Assembly: GCF_001194135.2 (NCBI RefSeq)
Contig: NC_068982.1
Coordinates: 134,134,323 to 134,198,322 of the forward strand
From: Octopus bimaculoides
Taxonomy: Eukaryota
Direction of reading: 5' to 3'
DNA length: 64,000 nucleotides
The position numbers and the translations under genes were made by a program. Positions 38,726 through 52,177 of the stretch are shown one piece after another. The notes beneath the pieces are model-generated. The model ran no database searches and was not told where the DNA came from. It was given only the letters and a program-made list of their open reading frames with translations. Numbering within the stretch: the first letter of the stretch is position 1; each line of letters starts with the position of its first letter.

Positions 38726-40682
38726 ATATTTATCACACACACCCACACACAAAAAGCACCATTTGAGCATGATCGTTACCAGCGTTGCCTTACTGGCACG
38801 TGAACAAAACATTTGAGTCAGGTTGTTGCCAGTGCCGCTGGACTGACCCCTGTGCAGGTGGCACATAAAAAATAACATTTGAGCGTGGCCATTGCCAGTA
38901 CCGTCAGACTGGCCCTCGTGCCAGTGGCACATAAAAGCATCCACTACACTCTCAGAGTGGTTGGCGTTAGGAAGGGCATCCAGCTGTAGAAACTCTGCAA
39001 AATCAGATTGGAGCCTGGTGCAGCCATCTGGTTCTCCAGTCCTCAGTCAAATCGTCCAACCTATGCCAGCATGGAAAGTGGATTTTAAACGATGATGATG
39101 ATGATGATATATATATATATACATATATATACACACATATATTCCATGTCAGCATGGAAAACGGATGTTAAATGAGGATAGTTAAAATATATGTATATAT
39201 ACATCATCATCATCATCATTATTTAACAATTGTTGTTCATGATGGAGTGGGCTGGAAGGCTGCACCAGTCTGATTTGGCATGGTTTCTATAACTGGATAC
39301 CCTTCATAACACCAACCACTCCAAATATATATATATATATATATATAAGTATAAGGAAAATAAGACAAGCTAGAAAATGTTAAAATAATTTTATTATGAA
39401 GAACATTTTAGTACCAGTTTCAGTCTTTGCGACTTTTCCAACTTCGAGTAAAGCATGAAAAACAATTAAATTGTGGAAAAATGAAATGAAATGTTTTTAA
39501 AAATATTTCCATAGCTTTCAAATAAAAGGGACATTTTTCTTTTTCAGTCTGTCTCTCTTTTTTACTTGAGGGTTCTAGGTAGTTAGCAACAGCTAGTTTA
39601 ATATGAATTCTTGAAGAAGAAGAAGAAGAAGAGGAGGAAGACTCTTTAGCCTTATCGAAGACATAAGAGCCAGAACAGTCTTAGTGCCATGCAAAGATGT
39701 CCTCACTATACTAAAATGATTGGTGTTTGGAAGGGCATCCAGCCAAAATCTCAAGCCACAGATTAAACTTACTAGTGAGATGTGTCCCTTAACTCTTATT
39801 ATTATTAAGAAAATGGATTTAATGGATATAAAATGAATTTATTAATTAATTAACCTTGCCTACATTTTTGTTTCAATTTATTACACTCATTACAAATTAA
39901 TAAATTAATTTGATATCAATTAAATGTCTCCTTTTTCTTAATAATAATAATAATAATAATTGATATTTATAATATATTTATTGAAGAGATATCTCTTAGC
40001 AATATAGTATATCAAACCAGTGTTTCTTGGATCCAACTATCCCTATAAGAGGTTTTTATATCCTCATATTAACCATATATATATATATATATATATATTT
40101 CTGAGGAACATTGAAACTCAAAACATGTATATAAAGCTATAAATAATAGTGTATAAATTTAGGGACAAGGTCAGCAATTTTGAGGGATTACATTCCTGGT
40201 ATTTTTAGGTCAGTTACTAGTTGTTATAGTGAAGTATCTAATGGTGTTGTTGTCACGGTGATACGGTAGTGCCTCATTATAATACCACACAACTCTGTCA
40301 AACTTAGCTTCCTTAGAAGACAATGAGGTATTCTCTTGCTAATTACATAATATACATGTTTGAATAGATAGTTTCATTTTATTTATGTCAATTAAGAACT
40401 GGTTTCTCTTTAGTGTCCTAAAGGTCTCATATGATTTTGGGGCAGAATGTCAATAGGACCATGAAGACAAAAGTCTTGGGAGATGCTCCAACTATTATAT
40501 ATGTAATATAATAGCCAAGGTAATTATAGGATAAATCAAGCAAAGATTTTGAGATAAATCAAATTGATTTAATACTAAGTTATCGATAATTATAGATACC
40601 TTAGTATTAAATCTTATGATTAGATTATAATTCAATCATAAACAACCAGTCCACACATATATTTAAATAATAAGTTACTTAC

Positions 40683-40805
40683 ATTTGACACTAGAAACTC
40701 TGTGACTGTCCAATCTGATGTTATAGTTTCATTCAACTTCTCTACTTTTATATTTCCATAACATCTTGTTTCATCGTTATCTGGCCAATAATGATCACAC
40801 TTTTC
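40683..40805 (-). CDS. Ptp10D: R3 PTP exon 12 (EKCDHYWPDNDETRCYGNIKVEKLNETITSDWTVTEFLVSN)
   Basis: gttttttacag| and |gtaagt; 123 nt, phase 0-0; KCxxYWP motif. Confidence 0.97.
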
Positions 40806-41333
40806 CTGTAAAAAACAAAAAGAATAGAAATTATATATATATTTTTTTCTTATATAAATTCACATCCAGATAAAGTTAGTAATGCCAAAAAATCAGTAAT
40901 AAGGAATAGCAATTAGTTCAGGGCATCAAATTCAAAGTGTTACAGGAAATACACTATAGGAAATACAAATTCTTGAAAAATATCACCATCACCACCAAAA
41001 TATTGTAGTAAACTTGTAATCAATAATTAGTGAGGCACTGAGCTGGCAGAATTGGGAAAAAATGCTCAGCAGCACTTTGTCTGTCTTCAAGGTCTGAAGT
41101 CCTTAATAATGCTCATCTACCTAAAGGCACTTCATTGCTTGAATGGCTCTCTATCTCTAACTACAGAATGTAGCACCCTACATAAAATTATGAGCAATTG
41201 CTGCAAAGGAGACAAAGAGAGAAGTAACTACAAATGCATTAAAATGGTAAGAAAAGTTTGAAAGTTACCATAAATGTTACTGTGCAATTGATGAAGAAGA
41301 GAATTACACTAGATAAGATGCAATCCAGCTTTA

Positions 41334-41642
<309 letters not shown>

Positions 41643-41736
41643 CTAAATTAGTGTCATTAGAAAAAACAAAAGTACTTAGAAAATTCAAATAAAAATCCAC
41701 TAACAATATTGAAACATGAACAAATTATAAACAATT

Positions 41737-43199
41737 TGTGGTGTTTGCGTACGAGTAGATGTAATTGCCTTACCTCGGTTTTCCTTTCCTCGACTGCGAG
41801 TCTGTCTTGCGGTATCCAATCCTTGAAGCTCGCCCCGACCCAAAGTACACCAGGAATAGCAGCTGCTTCTCCCAAACCTAGACCGTCGCTTAACACATCT
41901 TGTCCTGACCACAACCCCGTTCGAAAAAGGGCACANNNNNNNNNNNNNNNNNNNNNNNNNNNNNNNNNNNNNNNNNNNNNNNNNNNNNNNNNNNNNNNNN
42001 NNNNNNNNNNNNNNNNNNNNNNNNNNNNNNNNNNNNNNNNNNNNNNNNNNNNNNNNNNNNNNNNNNNNNNNNNNNNNNNNNNNNNNNNNNNNNNNNNNNN
42101 NNNNNNNNNNNNNNNNNNNNNNNNNNNNNNNNNNNNNNNNNNNNNNNNNNNNNNNNNNNNNNNNNNNNNNNNNNNNNNNNNNNNNNNNNNNNNNNNNNNN
42201 NNNNNNNNNNNNNNNNNNNNNNNNNNNNNNNNNNNNNNNNNNNNNNNNNNNNNNNNNNNNNNNNNNNNNNNNNNNNNNNNNNNNNNNNNNNNNNNNNNNN
42301 NNNNNNNNNNNNNNNNNNNNNNNNNNNNNNNNNNNNNNNNNNNNNNNNNNNNNNNNNNNNNNNNNNNNNNNNNNNNNNNNNNNNNNNNNNNNNNNNNNNN
42401 NNNNNNNNNNNNNNNNNNNNNNNNNNNNNNNNNNNNNNNNNNNNNNNNNNNNNNNNNNNNNNNNNNNNNNNNNNNNNNNNNNNNNNNNNNNNNNNNNNNN
42501 NNNNNNNNNNNNNNNNNNNNNNNNNNNNNNNNNNNNNNNNNNNNNNNNNNNNNNNNNNNNNNNNNNNNNNNNNNNNNNNNNNNNNNNNNNNNNNNNNNNN
42601 NNNNNNNNNNNNNNNNNNNNNNNNNNNNNNNNNNNNNNNNNNNNNNNNNNNNNNNNNNNNNNNNNNNNNNNNNNNNNNNNNNNNNNNNNNNNNNNNNNNN
42701 NNNNNNNNNNNNNNNNNNNNNNNNNNNNNNNNNNNNNNNNNNNNNNNNNNNNNNNNNNNNNNNNNNNNNNNNNNNNNNNNNNNNNNNNNNNNNNNNNNNN
42801 NNNNNNNNNNNNNNNNNNNNNNNNNNNNNNNNNNNNNNNNNNNNNNNNNNNNNNNNNNNNNNNNNNNNNNNNNNNNNNNNNNNNNNNNNNNNNNNNNNNN
42901 NNNNNNNNNNNNNNNNNNNNNNNNNTTTGTGGTGTTTGCGTACGAGTAGATGTAATTGCCTTACCTCGGTTTTCCTTTCCTCGACTGCGAGTCTGTCTTG
43001 CGGTATCCAATCCTTGAAGCTCGCCCCGACCCAAAGTACACCAGGAATAGCAGCTGCTTCTCCCAAACCTAGACCGTCGCTTAACACATCTTGTCCTGAC
43101 CACAACCCCGTTCGAAAAAGGGCACAAATCCCAATCAAGGCTCCCTCTGCCCTTTTTCCTCTTCCGGTCAGCCTCCCCAGACACTGACGTCATACCACA
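41737..43199 (-). mobile_element. LTR retroelement insertion: two identical LTR copies around a 990-N gap, or a solo 272-bp LTR duplicated by assembly
   Basis: TGTGGT...ACCACA termini; 5-bp TSD CAATT at 41732-41736 and 43200-43204; CpG-rich; orientation inferred from promoter-like motifs. Confidence 0.82.
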
Positions 43200-43659
43200 C
43201 AATTATAAAAAACATTCTGGAAAATAATATTTGCCTTGAAGAAATATTTAAGCAATATATTTCTGATTCTTTTATTCATGAAAAACCAGCAGCTACCAAT
43301 AAAATTTGAACTCAGAATTGTGATAGTAAACTGGATACAGAAGCCAATGGGTCTGATGTCCTATTGCATAACTCCACTACTTCACAAAACATTCCCCAAA
43401 ACTGTGATGGTTTACATACTCATGCCTCTTCTGACTAGGCTAATTTCTGAGAAGGGTAGATTTGATAAACTTCATTCACAATACTGTTCAGCATTAATTA
43501 TCTCAAGAGATTTTGAATTCAAAATCAACTGTAAGGAATAATATAAACGCAATCCCAAATTTACTCAAATACCCTACTCACTCAATCTCTATGGGGAATA
43601 TCAATAGTAATGTAATAGAATGAATTCAAAAACATCTTTATTATAAATGAATCACTGAT

Positions 43660-44880
43660 GGCAGCTCAAAGGTGGATGTTATCTATCTTGACTTTACTAA
43701 AGCCTTCAATTCTGTGCCACACAAATGACTCGTGGCAAGACTCTCAACAATGGGTGAGAAAGATGATCTCCCTAACAGGTTGAAGTCCTTCATTCTCATT
43801 CAAAAAGAGGTAGTCATGATTTTAAGACATCCTTCTTCATCCTATGAGATGACATCTGGTGTATCACAAGGACCCATTCTTGGACACCTGTTGTTTGTTG
43901 CATATATTAATGACATAGATGCCAACTTGAAGAATGTTATAGTGTTGAAATATGTAGATGACATCAAGTTGCACTTTGAGATAGAAAGAACAGATCCTAT
44001 ATGCTATAGATCCTTCCTGCAATCAACCCTGGCCACAATGCAACAATGGATTACTGACTGGTAACACAAGCTGGCTATGGACAAGTGCACCACTGGGAAT
44101 TTTGGGAGGAAAAACCCAGCTTTCACATACTTCCTCAACAACACCAATCTTAAGAAGTCTATTAGTGAACATGACATGGGTATTATTGTCAAAAGCAATC
44201 TGCACTGGACAAATGACATTCTAGGATTGTCAAGAAGGTTGAAGGCATCCTAGCATCACTCAGCAAAAGATCTTTGTCAGCTGCTCTCCGGCTATCTATT
44301 TAAAGCTGTATATGACTATGGTACGTCCACAGTTAGAATTTGCATCATCAATTTGGAACCCCTAACTTGCTTGGCATATCAATATCCTGGAAACTGTTCA
44401 GAAATTGCAACCTAACAAATACTCGCCCTCAAGCATCTACCATACACTGAACGTCTTGCTTCCTTGGGTATGGACACATTAAAGCTCTGACATCTGGTAA
44501 CTGACTTGATAGACACCTACAAGATTGTCCATCATCTTTCCAACAGCAACCTCAGGCAACTTTTTGAATTCCATACATCTAACACTCAAGGACAAGCTTA
44601 CAAAATCAAAAACACAATACAGCACCCACTTTTTCATGCTCAGAATAGTTGAAGCATGGAATAAACTAAGTTGTTAGCTGTCGAGACACTACATCCTTCA
44701 AAAATTCCATATTTCCAGAAATTTGCCAACAGTACACCTGATACCCCACTCCACCTATTTTTTTTAAGACTTATTCACTGTTCACTTCCTGTGCATATTC
44801 TATGTTCTGGTCATGCAGTTTTGGTTACTTTTTTTGATGAGTTGTAGTGCACATGAACACTGTATACAATAAGTTCATTA
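43660..44880 (+). mobile_element. Decayed CR1/L2-group LINE, RT and 3' UTR
   Basis: VDVIYLDFTKAFNSVPH, GVSQGPILGHLLFVAYIND and KYVDD RT motifs; the same 3' tail occurs at 24440-24580. Confidence 0.88.
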
Positions 44881-45096
<216 letters not shown>

Positions 45097-45504
45097 CTAC
45101 AAAATAACAAATGGAAAAATTAGAAAGAAAGTACTTCCAATTGCATTTATAAAATACAAGACAAGTATTTTTGCTGTTTTTTCAGTGATAGTTGCAGTGA
45201 GTGAGAGGAGATTGGTTTATTAGAGAAATATGTTTATTTTATTAATATTTAACAGGAACCAATGAGCTGCAGGTCTGTATAATACACTTTAGATCTTCAA
45301 ATTTTATACATTCCACAATTAATTCATTAGTGACTATCTATCTTGTTTTCCTTTCAGCTGATTATTGTTTAACATATACCACTGTATGCACTGGTAATCA
45401 TTTGAACAATTTAGAAAGGATAGATTAAAAATGAAGTACATAACTTTTCTCATACTCTGTTCATCAAATAAAAAAGAAATAAGACAAAATATATAAACAC
45501 TTAC

Positions 45505-45589
45505 TTCAAATTCTTCTGCAAATCGATAATCAGAATCTGCAGACATCTGTACAAAATGTGATTCAAAGTCCGATGCCCTAACAGGATGG
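45505..45589 (-). CDS. Ptp10D: R3 PTP exon 9: juxtamembrane/wedge region (HPVRASDFESHFVQMSADSDYRFAEEFE)
   Basis: ttcttctttag| and |gtaagt; 85 nt, phase 2 to 0; MSADSDxRFxEEFE matches Drosophila Ptp10D as I recall it. Confidence 0.95.
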
Positions 45590-45819
45590 CTAAAGAAGAA
45601 AAGAATATTTATAACTGATTGCCTGAATTATTTTAAAATAAAATAGTAAATCAGTCAAGTCAACTTTATTGATTTATTGCTCCCATATAATTATATAAGA
45701 AAAAACAAAATCCTACAGAACCATTTATAATTACAGTGTTTATCCAAGTATTATAAGTATACGTATAAACGTGTACCCACAAATTATAGAAAAATATCTC
45801 TCGTTTATTTTCTTTAGTA

Positions 45820-45990
45820 TTGTGGCACCCCGTCGGTTACAACGGTGAGGGTTCCAATTGATCCGATCAACAGAACAGCCTGCTCGTGAAAGTAATATGC
45901 AAGTGGCTGAGCACACCACAGACACGTGTACCCTTAACGTAGTTCTTGGAGAGATTCAGTGTGACACAGAGTGTGACAAAGCTGATCCCT
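45820..45990. mobile_element. SINE-like repeat (family E); reverse copy at 37120-37240
   Basis: Mutual homology (gtggctgagcacaccacagacacgtgtacccttaac). Confidence 0.6.
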
Positions 45991-46072
45991 TTGGCTTGGT
46001 TTATATGGCTGGATGCCCTTCATAATGTCTATCTCCTTATAGTGTGGGTTGGGTGCTTTTAGAGGACTTTTA

Positions 46073-46275
46073 TTAGGTTGGTGCATAATTATTGTGGTTT
46101 TTTTCAATAAATTTTATTCAACAAAAACAATAACAACATTTAACAAAAACATCTTTAAATGATTATTCTGGAGCATATTCACCATCTACTTCAATTTCTG
46201 CTTGGTGTTTTGTTTAAATTTTTTGTTGAATAAAATTTATTGAAAAAAAGTCACAATAATTATGCACCAACCTAA
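46073..46275. mobile_element. Mariner MITE nested in a family D SINE
   Basis: TA TSD; long TIR ttaggttggtgcataattattgtg ... cacaataattatgcaccaacctaa (Hsmar1/MADE1-like terminus). Confidence 0.9.
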
Positions 46276-46379
46276 TACATGGTGCCAGCATGAGTGCCTT
46301 TTATGTGGCACCAGCATAGGGCTCTTGCAGGCCAACCTTCTTTATCAGAGGGAGGGGCCTTAAGACTTTTACTGTGGAA

Positions 46380-47460
46380 GATGGGTCTTTTTGAGTACAA
46401 CAAGGCATCAGATATCTTGGTCCTTTGTTATCTCTTCTAAGAAGTTCGGTGTCCTGAGGTCATCCTTCAGTACTTCACCCCATGTTTTCCTAGGCTTCTC
46501 TCTTCGATTTGTTCCATCCACTTTGAGAGATTGGCACTTCTTTATAGAGCTGTTGGCATTCATCCACATCACATGACCAAACCAGTGCAGTCTTCCTTCT
46601 TGCATGCTACAGCTAATTCCTCTTATGTCAACTTTTCTCTCAACACACATGCACAGACACACATGTACACTTACATTTCACATCCAGCAGAGCATACTAG
46701 CTTCATTCCTTTCTAACCTCCACATGTCCTCTGCATTCAAGGCCCATATCTTACTACCTGTAGAATTGCTGTTTGTATACATGCATTTGTATACATACAA
46801 TCTTCCTTTCACTTAGAGAGAGACCTTTGGTTGCCAACAGAGTTAAAAGTTCTCTGAATTTTCTCCATCCTTCTTATTATAGCTATTACAGTTTCTGTGC
46901 ATTCTCCCCCACAACTAATTTGGTTCTCTAGATAGTAGAAATTGTCTACTACTTCTAAGGAGCCATTGAAACATTTGAGAAAATCAATTTCTCAAGTTTC
47001 TGTAGTTTTTATGGCTGCTGTGCATTGTCTACATGCAAACACTACTTTCTCTGATGAACTTCCTATTATTCCACTTCACCTCTTGTGTGTCTATAGCTTG
47101 CTCTGGGTACACCATATAGAATTCCTCTTACACCTTTCCTACAAATTGAACAGGGCCATTTACCTAAAGTGGGTAGGGTCCTATGTATTTTTTTGTTTAC
47201 TAAAACCTTAGTCTTTAACCTTAAGGCTCTTAGATTCCAGGTTTTGCTTCCACACTTGGAATTTCTCTTCTAGGTCTGATATGGAATCAGTTATGAGGGC
47301 AAGATCATCAGTATATAGTAGTTCTCAGGGGCTGCCAGTCTTGAATTCCTTTGTTATGACCAGGAGGACAATGATGACAGGGAAGGAACTGAGGATCAAG
47401 CCTTAATGAATGCCTACATGTACACCAAATTCTTCACTGTATTTGTAGTTAACTCTTGCC
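46380..47460 (-). mobile_element. Degraded RTE LINE RT fragment
   Basis: RLHWFGHVMWM...EKPRKTW and ALRRLGVAKWLVKAVQAIY remnants. Confidence 0.75.
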
Positions 47461-47548
47461 TCACTAATAACATCTCTGTATATGGCCTGTACTGCTTTCA
47501 CAAGCCATTTGGCTACCCCTAGCCTCCTTAGAGCACCTCTCTCTCTCT

Positions 47549-47587
<39 letters not shown>

Positions 47588-48424
47588 CATCATCATCATC
47601 GTTTAACCTCCATGCAAGCATGGAAGGGATGGTTTCACAAGAGCCAGCCAGGCAGAAGCCTGCACCAGACTTCTGTGACTGTTTTGGCATGAGTTTTACA
47701 GCTGGATGCCCTTCCAAACACCAACCCCTTTACAGTGTGGACTGGGTGCTTTTAAGTGGCCCCTGCACTGACAAGGTCACATCAAGTACTTGCAAGATGA
47801 AAATATATATGTATATATTAAACATACATGAACCTAGACAGTACAGTTTTAGTTTATCTAAGATATTTTTTCAAGACAAACATTGTAGTCAGTACTGTAT
47901 TTGATGGCCTATAAGACACACCTTTTTTTTACCTCAAAATGCCTTAAAAAATACCCATGCATCCACTGCACTCAATGTAGGCTCAAAACTCGCTCAAAAC
48001 AATATGTATGTTTACAAAATGTGTGCTGCCATCTATTGGTGAACAATCGCCTATGGTATGTTTATATTGAATGTGGATGCAATAAATTGCTTATAATTAC
48101 TGGTAATAACATAAAGTTATACAGGTAAGTGGAGGAATTAAAACATTATTTTAATGGTAATTTATTTTACAAAAGTATAGCCTAGGCTAGGGTACATCCT
48201 ATGCACTCGTGCTTCTTATAGGTCATCAAATACGGTAACTAAAAAAATGTATCTTCTTAAATATTTTGCTCAAAGAGAGAAAGAATTGTGTGTTTAGCTT
48301 TCAGGAAGATTCAATGTCATCACTTGTGCTTAAAAATGTGTTATATTCTTTGGTCAACCATGAATTACAAAACACTAGTAAAAATGTTTTTTATAGAAAT
48401 TTCAAAAATTGTTTTAGTAAATAC

Positions 48425-48584
48425 CTTGTGGGTTGCATAATGTAAGGACTCTCAGTTGCAACAACTGACTTGGGTTTTGTTCTCCTTTTTCTCACCACAT
48501 ATAGGATAATGCCAACAATCACAGCAATAATTAGTAGAACTATTAGTACAATAATTGCAATGAGATAACCTTCCATTTTTTCTT
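48425..48584 (-). CDS. Ptp10D: R3 PTP exon 8: transmembrane helix with basic stop-transfer (EKMEGYLIAIIVLIVLLIIAVIVGIILYVVRKRRTKP...)
   Basis: ctcttttcag| and AG|gtattt; 160 nt, phase 1 to 2; ~24 hydrophobic residues followed by RKRR. Confidence 0.95.
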
Positions 48585-48649
48585 CTGAAAAGAGAATGTA
48601 AACATGCAATGACAAATTAAATTCAACATTACAAGTAATTATCTTATAT

Positions 48650-49625
48650 TATTAAATGAAGGTGGATTTACCTCGGGAAGACAAAGATGATTGTGAGCAG
48701 GGTGGAAGGAGAAGTGTTGGTGAGTAAAGAGGATCTATGTGGGGTATGTGGGAGGAGGGTAGTGGCAAGTGCGGTATTGTGTACAAGATGTGAGAAATGG
48801 ATTCATGGTAGATGTACGAAAATGAAGAAGGTGACGCCAAGATTGGAGAGAGAGTTTGTTTGTGGAAGATGCGAGAAAGGGGCTGGCAGAACCAGTGGAA
48901 ACACTATGCGACGAGGTGGAAACGGTGAGAGGATTTTGTTATTTGGAAGATACGGTGGATATAAGTGGTGGATGTGAAGCAGCTGTGACAGCATGAGCGA
49001 GACTTGGCTGGATGAAGTTCAGAGAATGTGGAGCGTTGTTTTATGGGAAAAGGTTCTCATTAAAGATGAAAGGTAGGGTCTATAAGAGTTGTATGAAAGC
49101 TGCAATGCTGTATGGGAATGAGACATGGTGTCTGAGAGAGAGAGAGAGAGAGATGGTAATTTTGAGAAGGACTGAGAGAGCAATGGTGAGAGAAATGTGT
49201 GGGGTGAAGCTGTNNNNNNNNNNGAGAGAGCAATGGTGAGAGAAATGTGTGGGGTGAAGCTGTTTGATAAGAGGAGGACTGAGGATTTGATGGGAATGCT
49301 GGGGTTGGAGGAATCAGTAGAATGATTGGCAAGGGCAAATGGAGTGAGGTGGTATGGGCATGTGTCGAGGAGGGATGAAGAGTATGTTTTGAGGAGGGTG
49401 ATTGTGTTTGAGGTAAATGGAGTGCGAAAGCAAGGTAGACCAAGGAAAAGGTGGAGGAGACAAGTGGAGGAGGAGGAGATAGGGAGGCTTGGTTTGAAAA
49501 AGGAGGACTCCCAAAACCAGGCAAGATGGCGAGATGGTGTGAGGGCAGTTGCTATGGCATTGAGGTAGATCCAGCCACCCCTGTTAATGGGGACAAAACC
49601 TGGATTTAAAACACTGGATGATGAC
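48650..49625 (+). mobile_element. RTE-clade LINE 3' fragment with a PHD-type zinc finger
   Basis: CGVC...CTRCEKWIHGRC...FVCGRC; KGRVYKSCMKAAMLYGNETW; VRWYGHVSRR...GRPRKRW; (GAT)n tail. Confidence 0.88.
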
Positions 49626-50325
49626 AATGATGATGAGTATATCTTCAGAATTTTATAAGAGAGGGAGAAAAAATTTTTTTCCACTTTTCTTGTCAAGCAC
49701 AAACAGACAATTACATCATCATCATCACCATCGTTTAACATCCACTTTCCATGCTAGCATGGGTTGGACGATTTGACTGAGGACTGGCGAACCAGATGGC
49801 TACGCCAGGCTCATGCAACTATATTTCTAAATTATTACAGTAATGAACAGACAATAAAAAACAATGATAAATAATGTGTAAAATTTACAATATATAATTA
49901 CTGCTTCCTTTCTTTAATTTTATTTTTCAATTAATTACACTTAATATTCAATTTATACCATTTCTTTGATGCAATCCTATCTGGATATATGTTATCGGAA
50001 TATCAGGTATATCTTCATTATCTTTGAGTCAGGCTTTGTTCTAACCTACTGCAGCTCACAATTATTGTATGCAGGGAATTGCTACCAGAGATTCTGAGAA
50101 TGTTATGTTACTTTCTGGGTGAGATTCATCTCACACTCACTAAAACTCTACACACAGTTAATTACTAGTAACTATGAGGATTAATGTTTATGAGCCATTA
50201 GTCTTTATAAAATAGATATCTAATACATATATATGTACGTACATATGTACGTACATACATACATACATATGTACGTACATACATACACACACACACACAC
50301 ACACATACATACATACATACATACA

Positions 50326-50357
<32 letters not shown>

Positions 50358-51715
50358 ACCAAACAGGCAAACAGATATAAGATTATCAATATAATTATTA
50401 ATATTAGCGATTTCTAACAATGGCACTAGATCATAAAATCATGGATATGTATTGTCAATTAAGTTGACTCCACTACTTTACTGGTACTTAATTAATTGAT
50501 CTGAAAGGCATGAAAAGCAAATCCAAGCTCAAACTGTAAAGGCATATGACTAATCATGGAGAGGCAATTTTTTTCAGTTTTCTACTGACATTTTTGTTTC
50601 CATGAAGGGAGCCCTCAAAAAGATCATTTAGTGAGGACTTACCTGAGACTCTAGTTTGCTTTAACAACACTAAATGTATTACTAAAATGTATCTCAAAGG
50701 CTAGGTCCCCTCTTCAGAATTACAAAATAATTCATCCTTGACGAGTTGTAGACCCTCTACAAAGCACAAGTATAATAACATATGAGAATATATTGCTCAG
50801 ATACCCAGAGCAATGTTGCTACTACCACTACTACATACACACACCACACCACACCACACCACACACATACAAACACAATTCAACTAATTGGAAAAGATTT
50901 GCTTATCAACACATGACAATAACTATACTAAATACTCTGTCCTTTTTAATGCTATTACAATGGCTTCTAATCTTCTGAACTACTAATATGTCAACGAACT
51001 CCAGCCAAGCTTATTTGTCTTTTCACAAGTAATCATTCTTAGTTTGTTTCACCCTGAAAAATCCCACAGTCCTTCCTACTTAGAGCCACATCATTCAAGA
51101 ATAGCCTTCTGTTCATGTCTTTTTCTCCTCATAGACTTCAATCAGTGGAATTTCAGGTTCAACTGATTATCAACAACATCTACCTCACCAATTTGGGATG
51201 GACTGAGTGCTAGTCTTCCTTCCTTTTCTGACTACAGATGGATGATGACAGATGAGTAAGCAAGAGCTAGATCTATGTAGAAGGAATTAGTAGAAGAGGA
51301 AGACTGAGAAAGACATGGGCAGAATTCATGAAAGCTGATCTTAGGATGTTGAACCTCACGCTGATGACAAAGGAACAATAAGTAGCAGGATGCTGTGTGG
51401 GAAAGGACAATACATGGAAAGATGGAAAGGCAAATTTAATATAATGGTGGAGGCTATGGCAATGACCATGGTATTCTCACCAAAGACCTGTCAACATGTG
51501 TGGTACTACTGTTTGTAATGAATGCAAATTAATTGAAGGAACAGATTAATTTGAGTAATTGATTATCGATGAGAATTAATAGTGTATGGTGATTTGGATG
51601 GCTTTGCATTCAGAAAGCCAATGGAGCTATTCCATCTAGATGTCTATAATGAACCCAAAATCTCAAGCTGCAAAGAGAAAGTGTTTATCAATATCAACTA
51701 TAATACATTACTTAC

Positions 51716-52177
51716 TTGCAGTTTTGATTGCTGATGAATAGCTTGTGTCTGAAAATGTATCAAATGTATAGGCTCTGACTTTAATATAATATTCAGTGTC
51801 TGGCATTAAATAGCCATTGCAAAAGCCTTCTACAATGTCACAATCTTGAGTGCCAATTCCATATTGAATAGTATCATCTAAACTCCGTTTTGATTTACTT
51901 TTGAGATCACTGCAAGCATTTGACTTCTCGTAAAGGTTACTGCAATTCTTAAATATCTGATATGCTTTAATGGCTCCATCATCTTTAAATTGTTTCCAGC
52001 TGGGAAGATACATTTTATTAGTATGCTTTGTGTTTTTGTCTACAGCAATAATTATGTTATAATTAATAATTGGTCCACGGGTTTCTTTGAAAGGGTTCGG
52101 TTTTAAAGTCACTGTAAATGACTTAGTGGTAGCGGAAGTTAACTGTATGTTATCAGGCTTGTTTTCAACTGGTGGTT
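51716..52177 (-). CDS. Ptp10D: R3 PTP exon 7: membrane-proximal FN3-like domain of PTPRJ/Ptp10D type (PPVENKPD...GPIINYNIII...IGTQDC...FCNGYLMPDTEYYIKVRAYT...YSSAIKTA)
   Basis: ctttcttttgaag| and A|gtaagt; 462 nt, phase 1-1; CNGxLxxxTxYxxxxRAxT signature of R3 PTPs. Confidence 0.95.

Noticed and set aside
41657-43202. Three ~500-aa ORFs in the ORF track
   Set aside because: They span 990 Ns; the flanks are non-coding LTR sequence
49174-49263. 40-bp exact duplication around a 10-N gap
   Set aside because: Typical unmerged contig overlap, so an assembly artefact
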